DNA of 64,000 bases from Alphaproteobacteria bacterium UBA6376 (GTDB lineage Bacteria; Pseudomonadota; Alphaproteobacteria; Rs-D84), in assembly GCA_002437665.1 (NCBI GenBank), contig DJQW01000002.1, forward strand, positions 80,364 through 144,363, given 5' to 3'. The notes under the pieces are model-generated. The model searched no databases and was not told the DNA's origin. It worked only from the letters and a program-made list of their open reading frames with translations. Position numbers and translations under genes: made by a program. Below are positions 48,775 through 58,772 of the stretch, piece by piece; within the stretch, counting starts at the first letter, position 1; each line of letters begins with the position of its first letter.

Positions 48775-48859
48775 GCGGGCATGGCGGAATTGGTATACGC
48801 GCAGCACTAAGGATGCTGTGGTGCAAACCTTGGGGGTTCAAGTCCCCCTGCCCGCACCA
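48775..48859 (+). tRNA. tRNA-Leu (class II, long variable arm) with an apparent anticodon AAG (A34). CCA is encoded.
   Basis: Manual fold: acceptor GCGGGCA/TGCCCGC, D-arm GCGGAATTGGTATACGC, anticodon stem CAGCA/TGCTG with loop CUAAGGA, variable arm TGGTGCAAACCTTG, T-arm GGGGTTCAAGTCCCCC, discriminator A. It is nearly identical in architecture to E. coli tRNA-Leu. Confidence 0.8.
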
Positions 48860-48889
48860 GAAAAGCTCAAACACCAAAATTCAAATTTT

Positions 48890-49112
48890 GTGCGCTGCGC
48901 GCAACATTGTAAAAAACTGGATTGCCGCGCGTCGCTTGCGCTCTGCTCGCAATGAATCCAAGCGAAGCGCAGGATGCGGCAAGGACGCAGTCCGCATACT
49001 AATTTCCTAGAAACATTGTCATTGCGAGTGTAACGAAGCAATCCAGTAAATAAACCAGTGCGCCATTTGGTGCACACATTATTTGAACTCTGAACTTTGA
49101 ACTCTGAACTTT
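48890..49112. repeat. Mosaic intergenic repeat modules downstream of tRNA-Leu. These are GAAGCGCAGGATGCGGCAAGG, GCAGTCCGCA and TTGTCATTGCGAGTGTAACGAAGCAATCCAGTAAATAAA at 49016-49055, followed by a 2x14-bp tandem repeat (GAACTCTGAACTTT)2 at 49084-49112.
   Basis: Matches the modules in 16440-17040 and 30270-30700. The tandem repeat was read directly. Confidence 0.8.
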
Positions 49113-49174
49113 AATAAAAACCTGTTTTTTCACTTGCCCGCAATTTCATTATTTTGCTAAGATTATTGACAAGA

Positions 49175-52100
49175 ATGAAAGGGATTAAACTGTTTTTCGC
49201 TGTGTGTCTGGGCATTGGCGCGGTCTTTGGCGCAAATGCCACGGATTCTGACGCCACCGCGCGCGCGGCGACGCGTCGCACATCGGGCACTGTTTCGACC
49301 CGTGGCGCGCAATCGGCGGCCACCGCACGTGGCACAGCGGCCGGCACGCAAACATCACAGAAGGTGTCCAAAAATCCGCGTAATCGCGCATCAACAAATT
49401 CCCGCGACACCGCAACCAACGCATCGGCAATCACATCGGGGCGCAGTGCAATTTCCGCGTTGTCGCCGCGCACCACATCAACCGTTCAATCACGTGCAAC
49501 CACGCCGGCCCCCACGACCAAGGGGGTAATTACCCGCGCCGCGACCACACCAACGCGGGCCACCACATCGCGCACCGCAACCGTGGCGACAACACCCACA
49601 CGCACGGCGCGCACCGCGGGCGTCCGCACCACCATCGCACGTGCCGCCACGGATACAGAAACCCAAAAATTGACCGCATCGGACATTATCAATCGCGATT
49701 ATAAAAAGTGTCGCGAGGTGTACTATAACTGCATGGACGAATTTTGCGCGAACAAGGACAGCCAACTGAAACGTTGCGCATGTTCATCACGCATCAACGA
49801 ATTTGACAGTACCAAGAAGAACCTGAGCACGGTCGAAGAAAAAATGTTGGATTTCAACCAACGTCTGCTGACCGTCAACATGGACAAGGAAGATGCCGCC
49901 GCATTAAACAAGGCGACCGAGGGCGAAACCGCATTCCAACAGAAAGATACGTCTAAATCCAAACAGATGCTGGACGAGATTGCCAAGAAATTAAACACCA
50001 GTTTCAACGACAGCAATTTCAACCAATCGTTGGGCGCAATATCATTGTCATTGAACGCGGACGCGGCATTTGACACGGTGGATTCTCTGTCGGGCGCGTC
50101 CACCACGGCCAAGACCGGCACCGCCCTGTATTCTGCGGCATTGCCAATTTGCCGCGAAATGGCGGCAGAGGTTTGCACCGACGACGAATTACCCATCGTC
50201 GAAAGTGGCTATCAAATGACAATCGAGCAAGATTGCAACACGGTCGCAAAATCATACGAAACCCAGAATGATCAGGCGCGCGAAAAATTGCGCGAGGGCA
50301 GCGCGCTGCTGGACATGTCACGTTTGGACATTTATCAGAAACGCAATTCCGACGACATTTTGACATGCAAGCAAAAGATGCTGACCATGCTGACGGATTC
50401 AACCGTATGCGGCACAAATCTGGACAAATGTTTGGACACCACGGGTCGTTATATCGACCCATCAACGGGCGAAGCATTCTTGACATCTGAATTGTCAAAC
50501 CTCAGCAATTTAATCAGCCGTCCTGACACCGACCAATCGTGGACAAGCGTCCCTGGGAATCAGGTCTTTGTTTCATACCTGAATTCAAAAAAGAAATTCT
50601 TGGAACCCGCAATGGAAAATTGCCAGGACATCGCCGACAGCGTATGGGACGCATTTGTCGAAGATGCATTGGCACAAATCAAATTGGCCCAAGACAGCAA
50701 ATTGGAAGAAGTCCGCCAGAGTTGCACAACACTGACCGCCCAGTGTTTAACAGACACCGCCAAAACGTTGCAGGATTTTGATGCGCGCGCCCTGTCAACA
50801 TTTGGCGTGGCGGCCGACCGCACCGTCAACGCAATGTGCGCCGATGTCCGCAATGCGTGCACCGCACTGTTAAAGACAACAGGCGGTGATGTTGATTGGG
50901 ATACTGGCGTTACCGACATCACCACGGACAAGACATTTGACACCGTAATGCAAACGTGCCGCGAAATCGGTCGCGCGTGCATTATTCAGTCGTGCAAGTC
51001 GATTTCTGGTAATTTTGGTCTGTGCGAAAACATCCAGACATCGGTCAACCGCAAATCCATCATCAACCGTACGGCCTGTTGGGACGAGGTCAAAGAATGC
51101 GTGGCCAGCGCAGGCAGCGAATCGGTTGAAAACATTTGGGCACGTTTAACCAGTGATGGAACAATTCAAAACAGCACATTCTATAATATGATGTACGGTT
51201 ATGATTACAAAATTAATCAAGACCCACCTATTTACGATATTTGCACAATCGATAAAGAATGTAATTTGGAGCAAACGATCGAAGGAACCTGCACTCCACG
51301 CTGTGAGAACGAGCCAGACGAAACCGCAAACAAAAAATGCATGAATGAATGCCTGAACGAAAACGTCAGTGCAGAATGCAAGGTTTGCCGTATATCTGAA
51401 CGTCTGTGGGGTAATTGCGAATACAGCCCTGTCACCCTGTTGCAAGAAGACGATTCGCACAACAAGATTATTATGGACGGCGACACGGAAACATTGCTGA
51501 AATGGTTTGCAAAAAATACCGGCACATCACAAAAGGCCGACAGTTGCCGCGACACATCATGCGCAATCGGATTTATTCCACTGGAAGATAACGGGACAAT
51601 TTCATGCCTGCCCAGCAGCAGTATGTCTTCTGATGGCAAGGCGTGTGCCGACAAAAAATTTTCTGTCGGAACAAAAAATGATGGTACAGATTTCACCAAC
51701 TGTTGCCAGACGAACATAAAAGATGCATTTGGCAACTGCTGCGCCAGTGATACGGTAACCATAAACGGCAGAGAATTATGCCTGCCAGCCAGTTCTGCAA
51801 ATGGCGTATCAACCGAAACATTCACTTTTGGGCCAGGTGCAACATATTACGCGCCGAACACCAGTTATAAACTGATTTGCACCAACGGGGAAACAACCGC
51901 TGGTGGCACACCAAAAGACGGTTTTCCAAATGGCGATACAATATCTTGCAATGATGGTCACTTTGTAATGTTACCAACCTCCGGCACTGCCCCATATTAT
52001 GTGACGCCACAATACACTGATAAAGGTACATATTCACCATACCCCGCCGCATCATATGATGCCAACAATGATACAAAGTGCACTATGAGCTGCACAGAAG

Positions 52101-52195
52101 CGGATGGTTGCAAGTTTGAAGAAGGCGTTGCCACAAAAGCAGACCCAGCAAAATGTCTGCCCTCCCAACCAACCCACTGGTTGGTGACACCGTAA
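49175..52195 (+). CDS. Large Cys-rich secreted protein (~1007 aa) with an N-terminal ~140-aa Thr/Ala/Arg-rich low-complexity region.
   Basis: Signal peptide MKGIKLFFAVCLGIGAVFGANA. More than 50 Cys in recurring CxxC/C..C patterns. No recognizable family. The ORF-track start at 49154 is a TTG. Confidence 0.65.
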   Translation: MKGIKLFFAVCLGIGAVFGANATDSDATARAATRRTSGTVSTRGAQSAATARGTAAGTQTSQKVSKNPRNRASTNSRDTATNASAITSGRSAISALSPRTTSTVQSRATTPAPTTKGVITRAATTPTRATTSRTATVATTPTRTARTAGVRTTIARAATDTETQKLTASDIINRDYKKCREVYYNCMDEFCANKDSQLKRCACSSRINEFDSTKKNLSTVEEKMLDFNQRLLTVNMDKEDAAALNKATEGETAFQQKDTSKSKQMLDEIAKKLNTSFNDSNFNQSLGAISLSLNADAAFDTVDSLSGASTTAKTGTALYSAALPICREMAAEVCTDDELPIVESGYQMTIEQDCNTVAKSYETQNDQAREKLREGSALLDMSRLDIYQKRNSDDILTCKQKMLTMLTDSTVCGTNLDKCLDTTGRYIDPSTGEAFLTSELSNLSNLISRPDTDQSWTSVPGNQVFVSYLNSKKKFLEPAMENCQDIADSVWDAFVEDALAQIKLAQDSKLEEVRQSCTTLTAQCLTDTAKTLQDFDARALSTFGVAADRTVNAMCADVRNACTALLKTTGGDVDWDTGVTDITTDKTFDTVMQTCREIGRACIIQSCKSISGNFGLCENIQTSVNRKSIINRTACWDEVKECVASAGSESVENIWARLTSDGTIQNSTFYNMMYGYDYKINQDPPIYDICTIDKECNLEQTIEGTCTPRCENEPDETANKKCMNECLNENVSAECKVCRISERLWGNCEYSPVTLLQEDDSHNKIIMDGDTETLLKWFAKNTGTSQKADSCRDTSCAIGFIPLEDNGTISCLPSSSMSSDGKACADKKFSVGTKNDGTDFTNCCQTNIKDAFGNCCASDTVTINGRELCLPASSANGVSTETFTFGPGATYYAPNTSYKLICTNGETTAGGTPKDGFPNGDTISCNDGHFVMLPTSGTAPYYVTPQYTDKGTYSPYPAASYDANNDTKCTMSCTEADGCKFEEGVATKADPAKCLPSQPTHWLVTP

Positions 52196-52524
52196 TATGA
52201 TTTTTGTCCTAGGGTATTGTTTTGCGTAATTATTACTTGACAAACAAACACGTTTTGGCTACATTTTACTATGACTAAGAGCAGAAAACACACACAACCA
52301 AACGAGTTGCCAGATGTTCTATTCATGTCGCATTACCGAATTTTGCCCCATTGGGGTGGGTGGCGGTGCGCCCTGCGTGGCATCTGCGACAAGTGGGGGC
52401 GTCGTGTGTTTTTATCACCAATAATTGCGAGAGAGTCCGTAAGTTTTTACGGGCTCTTTTGCTTTATAGGCCATATTGGGAATAAATCCCCAGTGGCCCA
52501 AGACCAAAAAAGGGGGTTCTTGAA

Positions 52525-52965
52525 ATGATGACAGTCAAAAAAACAATTCCATATAAATTACGTACCGGCATACCTGCGCTGATGCTGGCGGGCGCAACAT
52601 TGTTTGGCGGATGCAACAAAGAAGACATTGAAAAACACGATGTCGACCTCCCTTGGTCTTGTGGTTATTACGAACAGATTACATCTGCAAATGTTCAACG
52701 CCATTTGGACGACCCATCGGTGGGTAATGTATATTTGCACCTGTATCAAGTAGACCCAGATTATGCTTCAAAAGAATGGACAAAATGGACAGCCGAAGAT
52801 ATTCATCATAAATTGTACGGTCGAACATTGGCCCCATTAGTTGGCAAAGACCCCAATCGTGTATTTGGGCGCGGCAACTTTGAATTTGCCCGCGGCGTAT
52901 GCCCCCGCGCCGACAGTTTATGGTTTACCCAGCATGGCTGGACAGTGAACCAGAACCAACGATAA
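52525..52965 (+). CDS. Lipoprotein, tandem paralog 1 (146 aa).
   Basis: Lipobox LFGGC. Conserved C-terminus GRGNFEFARGVCPRADSLWFTQHGWTVNQNQ, shared with the next gene. Confidence 0.6.
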   Translation: MMTVKKTIPYKLRTGIPALMLAGATLFGGCNKEDIEKHDVDLPWSCGYYEQITSANVQRHLDDPSVGNVYLHLYQVDPDYASKEWTKWTAEDIHHKLYGRTLAPLVGKDPNRVFGRGNFEFARGVCPRADSLWFTQHGWTVNQNQR

Positions 52966-52994
52966 TCCCAACCCGAAACCGCAGGAGTTTTATT

Positions 52995-53435
52995 ATGAAA
53001 TTCACAAAGAAAATCCCATATGCATTAAAATGCGCCGTTCCAACCGCGATGATGGCGGCCGCGACAGTGTTTGGCGGATGCCAGAAAGAAGAAAACCCAA
53101 AGCATGATGTGGAATTAAAATTCGGTGCAAATTATTGTTATGAAATCAGCATCGAAAATATCAAAAATAAATTGGCCGACCCAACTGTCAACAAGATTTA
53201 TCTGCGTACACTTGATGACGGCTCTTTATGGTATAACCAAGGTGACGGTTGGGTTTACCCCGATGACCTGCGCGAATATTTGGAACAATATGTAAATATG
53301 GCACCAGATCGTATATTCGGACGCGGTAATTTTGTATTTGAGGTCGGCATGTGTTCCCGCGAAGACAGTTTATGGTTTGTTCGACGCGGCTGGACAGTCA
53401 ATCGTCAAAACCAAATTCCGCAAAAACAACGTTAA
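52995..53435 (+). CDS. Lipoprotein, tandem paralog 2 (146 aa).
   Basis: Lipobox VFGGC. C-terminus GRGNFVFEVGMCSREDSLWFVRRGWTVNRQNQ. It starts at the internal Met of the ORF-track ORF 52899..53435. Confidence 0.6.
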   Translation: MKFTKKIPYALKCAVPTAMMAAATVFGGCQKEENPKHDVELKFGANYCYEISIENIKNKLADPTVNKIYLRTLDDGSLWYNQGDGWVYPDDLREYLEQYVNMAPDRIFGRGNFVFEVGMCSREDSLWFVRRGWTVNRQNQIPQKQR

Positions 53436-53501
53436 AAAACGCGCCATTTTGGCGCGTTTTTTATTGATTTGCCCGCCATAATCTTCTAGTATTACCCTGA
53501 G

Positions 53502-54752
53502 ATGAGAAAACTGATACCGCTTTTTTTATCATTGATTATATCCACGCATGCATTCGCCACCGCCGTTTGTAGTGGCACTACGGAAAAACAAAGCTGCGAG
53601 GCAATTCCGGGTTGCAAATGGAACGGTGGAGTAAAAAAAGAATGTCTACAATGCGACGCTAACACGTATGGAGATAATGGCGACTGCAAATCGTGCAGTA
53701 AATTATCTGGTACAGTCAATGGGGAAACAATCACAGGTTACTGGAACACCAGCGAGGCGGGCTCTGCGCAACGTGAATGTTATGCCGACTGCAAGGCAAT
53801 AGCCGACAGTAAAACAGACGGCAAATGGGTGGTCAGTGACGGCGTAGACAAAGTGTATTACGGCACAGCAGAAACGAAAACAACATGTAATATTTCGTGC
53901 TATGAAGACTATGACAAGGAAAATCAACTTCTTAACATATGCAATTCATATTATGACACAACAGGCAAAAAGAACAGTTGCACACCAACATGGAAACTGT
54001 TAGACGGTGATAGTATGGATGCCGGCGACACCAGCGGATTCGAGGTTTATGAATGTGACAATGCAACCAAGGGCATTGCGTATTATTTCTTTGACAATAA
54101 CTATTCCAATGGTTTTTGTTTCGCACGTGAATGCGCAAATGGCTACCATCTGGCCGATGCGACATACAACGAACTGCCATCTTATGGCATCTACCCAGAA
54201 GAATATTCTTGCACATTCGCCGACGGGACAAGCATTCCAAACGACAAAATGTTCCAAACATGCGAACCAAATATAATCAGTTGTACGGTTTCTTTGGGCA
54301 AAACATGCAAGGTCGAAATTGATGAGGTAGAGAAAGAAGGTACGGTTGGTGGTAACGCGGTATGGAATGGCGTCAACGCATACAACAAAGACCAATGCAC
54401 ATGCACGGTTTCCGACGTTGTGACCACGGGCACATATAAACATGTATGCAAACGTTCAACCACATCTGATACTTGGGACGGTAACAGTTGTGAAACAACA
54501 ATAGCAACCTGCAATTCGGGCTATTGCGTTGTTGGTTACGACGCCAATAACAAACACCAAACATGCGCCACCGCCCCCAAAGGGTATTACAGTGATGGTC
54601 GTGGTGTTCTGGAATGTGACAAATGTCCCGCTGGAAAAACCACTGCGAGCACGGGCCGCACATCCGTCGCCGAATGCACGTACAGCACATCCACACAATT
54701 CTGTGACAGTGTCGGTTGTTTCAACCTGAATTATACCAGTTTAAGCAACTAA
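53502..54752 (+). CDS. Cys-rich secreted protein (416 aa, ~40 Cys) with EGF/furin-like or VSP-like Cys spacing.
   Basis: Signal peptide MRKLIPLFLSLIISTHAFA. Recurrent C..C, CxxC and GYY/GY...C motifs. No recognizable family. Confidence 0.65.
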   Translation: MRKLIPLFLSLIISTHAFATAVCSGTTEKQSCEAIPGCKWNGGVKKECLQCDANTYGDNGDCKSCSKLSGTVNGETITGYWNTSEAGSAQRECYADCKAIADSKTDGKWVVSDGVDKVYYGTAETKTTCNISCYEDYDKENQLLNICNSYYDTTGKKNSCTPTWKLLDGDSMDAGDTSGFEVYECDNATKGIAYYFFDNNYSNGFCFARECANGYHLADATYNELPSYGIYPEEYSCTFADGTSIPNDKMFQTCEPNIISCTVSLGKTCKVEIDEVEKEGTVGGNAVWNGVNAYNKDQCTCTVSDVVTTGTYKHVCKRSTTSDTWDGNSCETTIATCNSGYCVVGYDANNKHQTCATAPKGYYSDGRGVLECDKCPAGKTTASTGRTSVAECTYSTSTQFCDSVGCFNLNYTSLSN

Positions 54753-55277
54753 TAAATCGTCCAATTTTAATTCTGAAATCACGGCGGAAATTTTCTGCAT
54801 CTGGTCGTCTGGGATTTTCCCCAGCACCCAATCCGCCGGCGACATTTGCAATGAAAAATCACGTGGGTGGGCGATGCCAATTCTGATACGGCGATAATCA
54901 CGACCAACCGCGGCATCTATGGACTTTATGCCATTGTGCCCTGCACTGCCGCCACCAATTTTGGTGCGCGTTGCGCCAACCGGCAAATCCATATCATCGT
55001 GAATCACAACCAGATTTTCCAGTGGCACGTCATAGAATTTCATCAGTGGCCGTACCGCATCCCCCGACAGGTTCATAAACGTTTGTGGCATTGCGAATAT
55101 AACGCGGCGTCCACCGATATTCTGCGTTGAAACCAGCGCATTTTTCTGATTCTTCCACGCGGCATCATCCCCCGCCAAATGCGACACCGCCATGAATCCA
55201 ACATTGTGGCGCGTGCGCGCATATTCAGCCCCTGGGTTGCCCAATCCAACAATCAAAACAGGTTTATTTTCTTGCAT
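54741..55277 (-). CDS. pth: Peptidyl-tRNA hydrolase.
   Basis: MQENKPVLIVGLGNPGAEYARTRHNVGF... is canonical Pth. The start is chosen at the internal Met. Confidence 0.93.
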   Translation of the reverse strand: MQENKPVLIVGLGNPGAEYARTRHNVGFMAVSHLAGDDAAWKNQKNALVSTQNIGGRRVIFAMPQTFMNLSGDAVRPLMKFYDVPLENLVVIHDDMDLPVGATRTKIGGGSAGHNGIKSIDAAVGRDYRRIRIGIAHPRDFSLQMSPADWVLGKIPDDQMQKISAVISELKLDDLLVA

Positions 55278-55324
55278 ATTGACATCTCTTTTTTCTATTA
55301 TGATATCACACAAAGGAGAAAAAT

Positions 55325-55864
55325 ATGAATATAAAAACAATCGGCGCATTTGGTCTGGCGTCTGTTTTGTTTACTGGCGCGGCAAACGCGGGCAATATGT
55401 TGTTCGATTTCTATGCTGGCGCGACGGTTGGTGCGGGTGCGGCATCATTCTTGGCCGACGATTCCGAAACCAAAAATTCCCAGTCATATGGTCTGGTTGC
55501 GGGGTTGGACATTCCGGCACTGCGCTTTGAATTGGAATACAATTACATCAACAATGACATCGCGAAAACCAACATCGGTATGGTCAACGCATATTTCAAG
55601 ATGCCATCAACGGTTGTTCACCCATACTTGGGCGTTGGCGTTGGCGCGGTATTCGGCGGCAGCGTTGACATCTCTGGCGTTGATATCGACAACGGCGCGG
55701 CATATCAGGGTATGCTGGGTCTGACATTCGACATTCCGGCATTGCCAATCAAGATTGATACCGAAGGTCGCGTTCTGTACGCACCCGATGTATTTCAGGT
55801 TGCCGACCAGAAACCAGACCTGTTGCAATACGACGCGCGTATCAAATTACGCTATATATTCTAA
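55325..55864 (+). CDS. Small outer-membrane beta-barrel protein (OmpA-like TM / OmpX/Opa-like, 179 aa).
   Basis: Signal peptide MNIKTIGAFGLASVLFTGAANA. Gly/aromatic-rich amphipathic strands. C-terminal ...LRYIF. Confidence 0.6.
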   Translation: MNIKTIGAFGLASVLFTGAANAGNMLFDFYAGATVGAGAASFLADDSETKNSQSYGLVAGLDIPALRFELEYNYINNDIAKTNIGMVNAYFKMPSTVVHPYLGVGVGAVFGGSVDISGVDIDNGAAYQGMLGLTFDIPALPIKIDTEGRVLYAPDVFQVADQKPDLLQYDARIKLRYIF

Positions 55865-55897
55865 AGGTCAACAACGGGGGCGCGACGCGCCCCCGCA

Positions 55898-58702
55898 ATG
55901 GCTAATGGGGAATGGGAAAAGATGCTGACACTGATTGACGGAAATTCATTATTATTTCGTGCGTATTATGGCGTGCACAGCCGCCTGACGCGCAGCGATG
56001 GCACACCCACGGGTGCGGTCTATGGATTTCTGAATATGGTGTTGCCCATATTGGCGGCGGCACACGCAGACGACGCATTTGTATGCGTATTCGACGCGTC
56101 CCGTACCACTTTCCGTCAAGATATTTACCCCGCGTACAAGGCAAACCGCAGCGAGACACCCGCCGATTTGGTCACCCAATCATACATGGTTCGCGATGCC
56201 GTTGCGGCAATGGGCGTGCCCGTCCTGTGCATACCAATGGTAGAGGCCGACGATGTCATCGCCACATTGGCACGCAAAAACTGCAATACCGCCCGCGCCA
56301 CCCGCATCATCACCAGCGACAAGGATTTAATGCAACTGGTGTCCGAATGCGTATTTTTATACGACGGCATGAAACAGCGCGAAATTCACGCAGACGGCGT
56401 GATGGAAAAGTTTGGCGTTACACCCGATCGCGTGGTTGACGTGCAATCGCTGATGGGCGATTCGTCTGATAATGTCCCCGGCGTTGCTGGCATTGGGCCA
56501 AAGCGCGCGGCAGAACTGATAAACCGATTCGGAACACTGGATGGATTGTACGAACATCTGGACGATGTGGAAAACGCGCGCATTCGCGAACTGTTACGTG
56601 CGAATCGCGACATGGCATATATCTCGCGCAAATTGGTCACATTAAAAGATGACGTGGATTTGTCAGGTCTGACCATCACACCATTTGTATTTAATACGCC
56701 CGCGGCATTGGAATATGTGCGCACTAAATTGGAAAGCAATTCATTGGCGGCCAAGATTGAAAAACTGTTTCCGATGGACAAATTCAATCCCGACGCGGTG
56801 CATGATTTTTCGTATGCCGCATCCGCGTGTCCAACCGAAATTGTGCCCGCCCACGCCACGACAAACGCACCCACGCCCGCGCCCCAGATGACATATGAAA
56901 CAATTACAACTGTGGCAGCATTGGACGAATTTTTGGGGCGCATAAAAAATATTGTCGCCATTGATACCGAAACAACCGGTCTGAACCACACATCGGCCCA
57001 GATGGTCGGCCTGTCGCTGGCGGCGGACGCATCGCACGGCGCGTACATTCCACTGCGCCACATGACGGCTGGCGGTGACCTGTTTGCGACATCACAAATC
57101 GCCCCGAACCAGTTACCGATTGATACGGTCTATGCGCGCCTGCGCCCAATACTGGAAAATTCCAATATTACCAAGGTTGGACATAACCTGAAATTTGACC
57201 TGCATATGATGGCAAACGCGGGTTGGGACACCGAAAAAATCGCCCCGATTGATGACACAATGTTGCTGTCTTATGCGCTGTTTGGATCGCTGCACGGGCA
57301 TAGCTTGGACGAATTGGCACTGAAATATCTGGGCCACGAAAACATTCATTTTGCCGCCCTGTTCCCCGCCGGCACGCGCGATGCCGAAATGCACTTTGAC
57401 GCATTGCCGATTGACACCGCAACCCCATATGCGGCCGAAGATGCCACGGTGTGCATGGCACTGTACGAATACCTGCGCCCGAAATTAGACGCAAATGCAA
57501 AACTGCGCGAATTATATGAAACGTGCGATTTGCCATTGATGCCGGTATTGCTGAAAATGGAACGCGCGGGCGTACTGGTCAATCGGGACGGACTGCGCCA
57601 ACTGTCGGGTGCATTTCACGACACACTGGAAAAAACAGAACAAGAAATTTACGCATTGGCCGGTCACGAATTTAACATCGCCAGTCCAAAGCAACTGGGG
57701 GCGGTGCTGTTTGATGAACTGAACCTGCCGGCGAATAAAAAGCGTTCGACCGATGCCGAAACACTGAATGAAATGGCGGACGCCCATCCGATTATCGAAA
57801 AGATTCTGGCATGGCGGTCTGTGGCCAAGTTGGCGGGCACATACGCGGACGCATTGCCGCGTCAAATTGCACCCGATGGTCGCATTCACACCACTTACTT
57901 ACAGACCAGCACGAACACCGGCCGCCTGTCCAGTCGCGATCCGAACCTGCAAAATATTCCAATTAAAACCGAACTGGGCGAACAGATACGCAAATGCTTT
58001 GTCGCACCCGCGGGCCGCACACTGATTTCGGTCGATTATTCCCAGATTCAACTGCGCCTGTTGGCGGACGTGGCGAACGTCAAAACATTCAAAGAAACGT
58101 TTTTGGCGGGCACGGACATTCACGAACAGACCGCCCGTAAAATATTCGGGATTGCATCTGACGCGCCCGTCCCACGCGAAATGCGCCGCGCGGCAAAGAC
58201 CGTGAACTTTTCAATCATATATGGAATATCATCGTTCGGACTGTCGGGGCAACTGGGCATATCACGTGCCGCCGCCGCCGAATTGATAAACACGTATATG
58301 GCGGGCCTGCCGGAAATTGGGGAATATATTGAAAAAACGCGCGATTTTGCAATGGCAAACTCATGCGTGTACACCCCGTGGGGTCGCCGCATCGAATTGC
58401 CAGAGGTTCGCAATCCCCGCCTGCGCGCATATGCAATGCGTGCCGCGGTCAACGCACCAATTCAGGGGTTCGAGGCCGACCTGATGCGGCGCGCAATGGT
58501 CGAAATTGATAAAACATTGATGCAACCAAACGCCGACAAAATCAAAATGATTATGCAGGTTCACGACGAAATGGTATTTGAATGCGACGTGGCGGTGGCC
58601 GAACAATTTGCCAAACAAATTGAATCCGCAATGGAAAACGTTGCGAAAATATCTGTTCCATTGGCCGCCGAATACACAATCAGCCAACAATGGGGAAAAT
58701 AA
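55898..58702 (+). CDS. polA: DNA polymerase I (5'-3' exonuclease, 3'-5' exonuclease and polymerase domains).
   Basis: N-terminal LIDGNSLLFRAYYG (5' nuclease). C-terminal pol A motifs (…RRAAKTVNFSIIYG…, …QVHDEMVFE…). 934 aa. The start is possibly at Met 55922. Confidence 0.95.
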   Translation: MANGEWEKMLTLIDGNSLLFRAYYGVHSRLTRSDGTPTGAVYGFLNMVLPILAAAHADDAFVCVFDASRTTFRQDIYPAYKANRSETPADLVTQSYMVRDAVAAMGVPVLCIPMVEADDVIATLARKNCNTARATRIITSDKDLMQLVSECVFLYDGMKQREIHADGVMEKFGVTPDRVVDVQSLMGDSSDNVPGVAGIGPKRAAELINRFGTLDGLYEHLDDVENARIRELLRANRDMAYISRKLVTLKDDVDLSGLTITPFVFNTPAALEYVRTKLESNSLAAKIEKLFPMDKFNPDAVHDFSYAASACPTEIVPAHATTNAPTPAPQMTYETITTVAALDEFLGRIKNIVAIDTETTGLNHTSAQMVGLSLAADASHGAYIPLRHMTAGGDLFATSQIAPNQLPIDTVYARLRPILENSNITKVGHNLKFDLHMMANAGWDTEKIAPIDDTMLLSYALFGSLHGHSLDELALKYLGHENIHFAALFPAGTRDAEMHFDALPIDTATPYAAEDATVCMALYEYLRPKLDANAKLRELYETCDLPLMPVLLKMERAGVLVNRDGLRQLSGAFHDTLEKTEQEIYALAGHEFNIASPKQLGAVLFDELNLPANKKRSTDAETLNEMADAHPIIEKILAWRSVAKLAGTYADALPRQIAPDGRIHTTYLQTSTNTGRLSSRDPNLQNIPIKTELGEQIRKCFVAPAGRTLISVDYSQIQLRLLADVANVKTFKETFLAGTDIHEQTARKIFGIASDAPVPREMRRAAKTVNFSIIYGISSFGLSGQLGISRAAAAELINTYMAGLPEIGEYIEKTRDFAMANSCVYTPWGRRIELPEVRNPRLRAYAMRAAVNAPIQGFEADLMRRAMVEIDKTLMQPNADKIKMIMQVHDEMVFECDVAVAEQFAKQIESAMENVAKISVPLAAEYTISQQWGK

Positions 58703-58772
58703 ACGCCCACGCACAACATTTTGCACTTGATTTCAGGTGCGACATTCTGTACAATCGCCCATGCAACCACGC

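Noticed and set aside
52271-52528. 85-aa ORF in the long leader upstream of the lipoprotein genes.
   Set aside because: No RBS, a Cys/Arg/Gly-rich odd composition, and it overlaps GC-rich palindromic RNA-like sequence. It is more likely untranslated leader.
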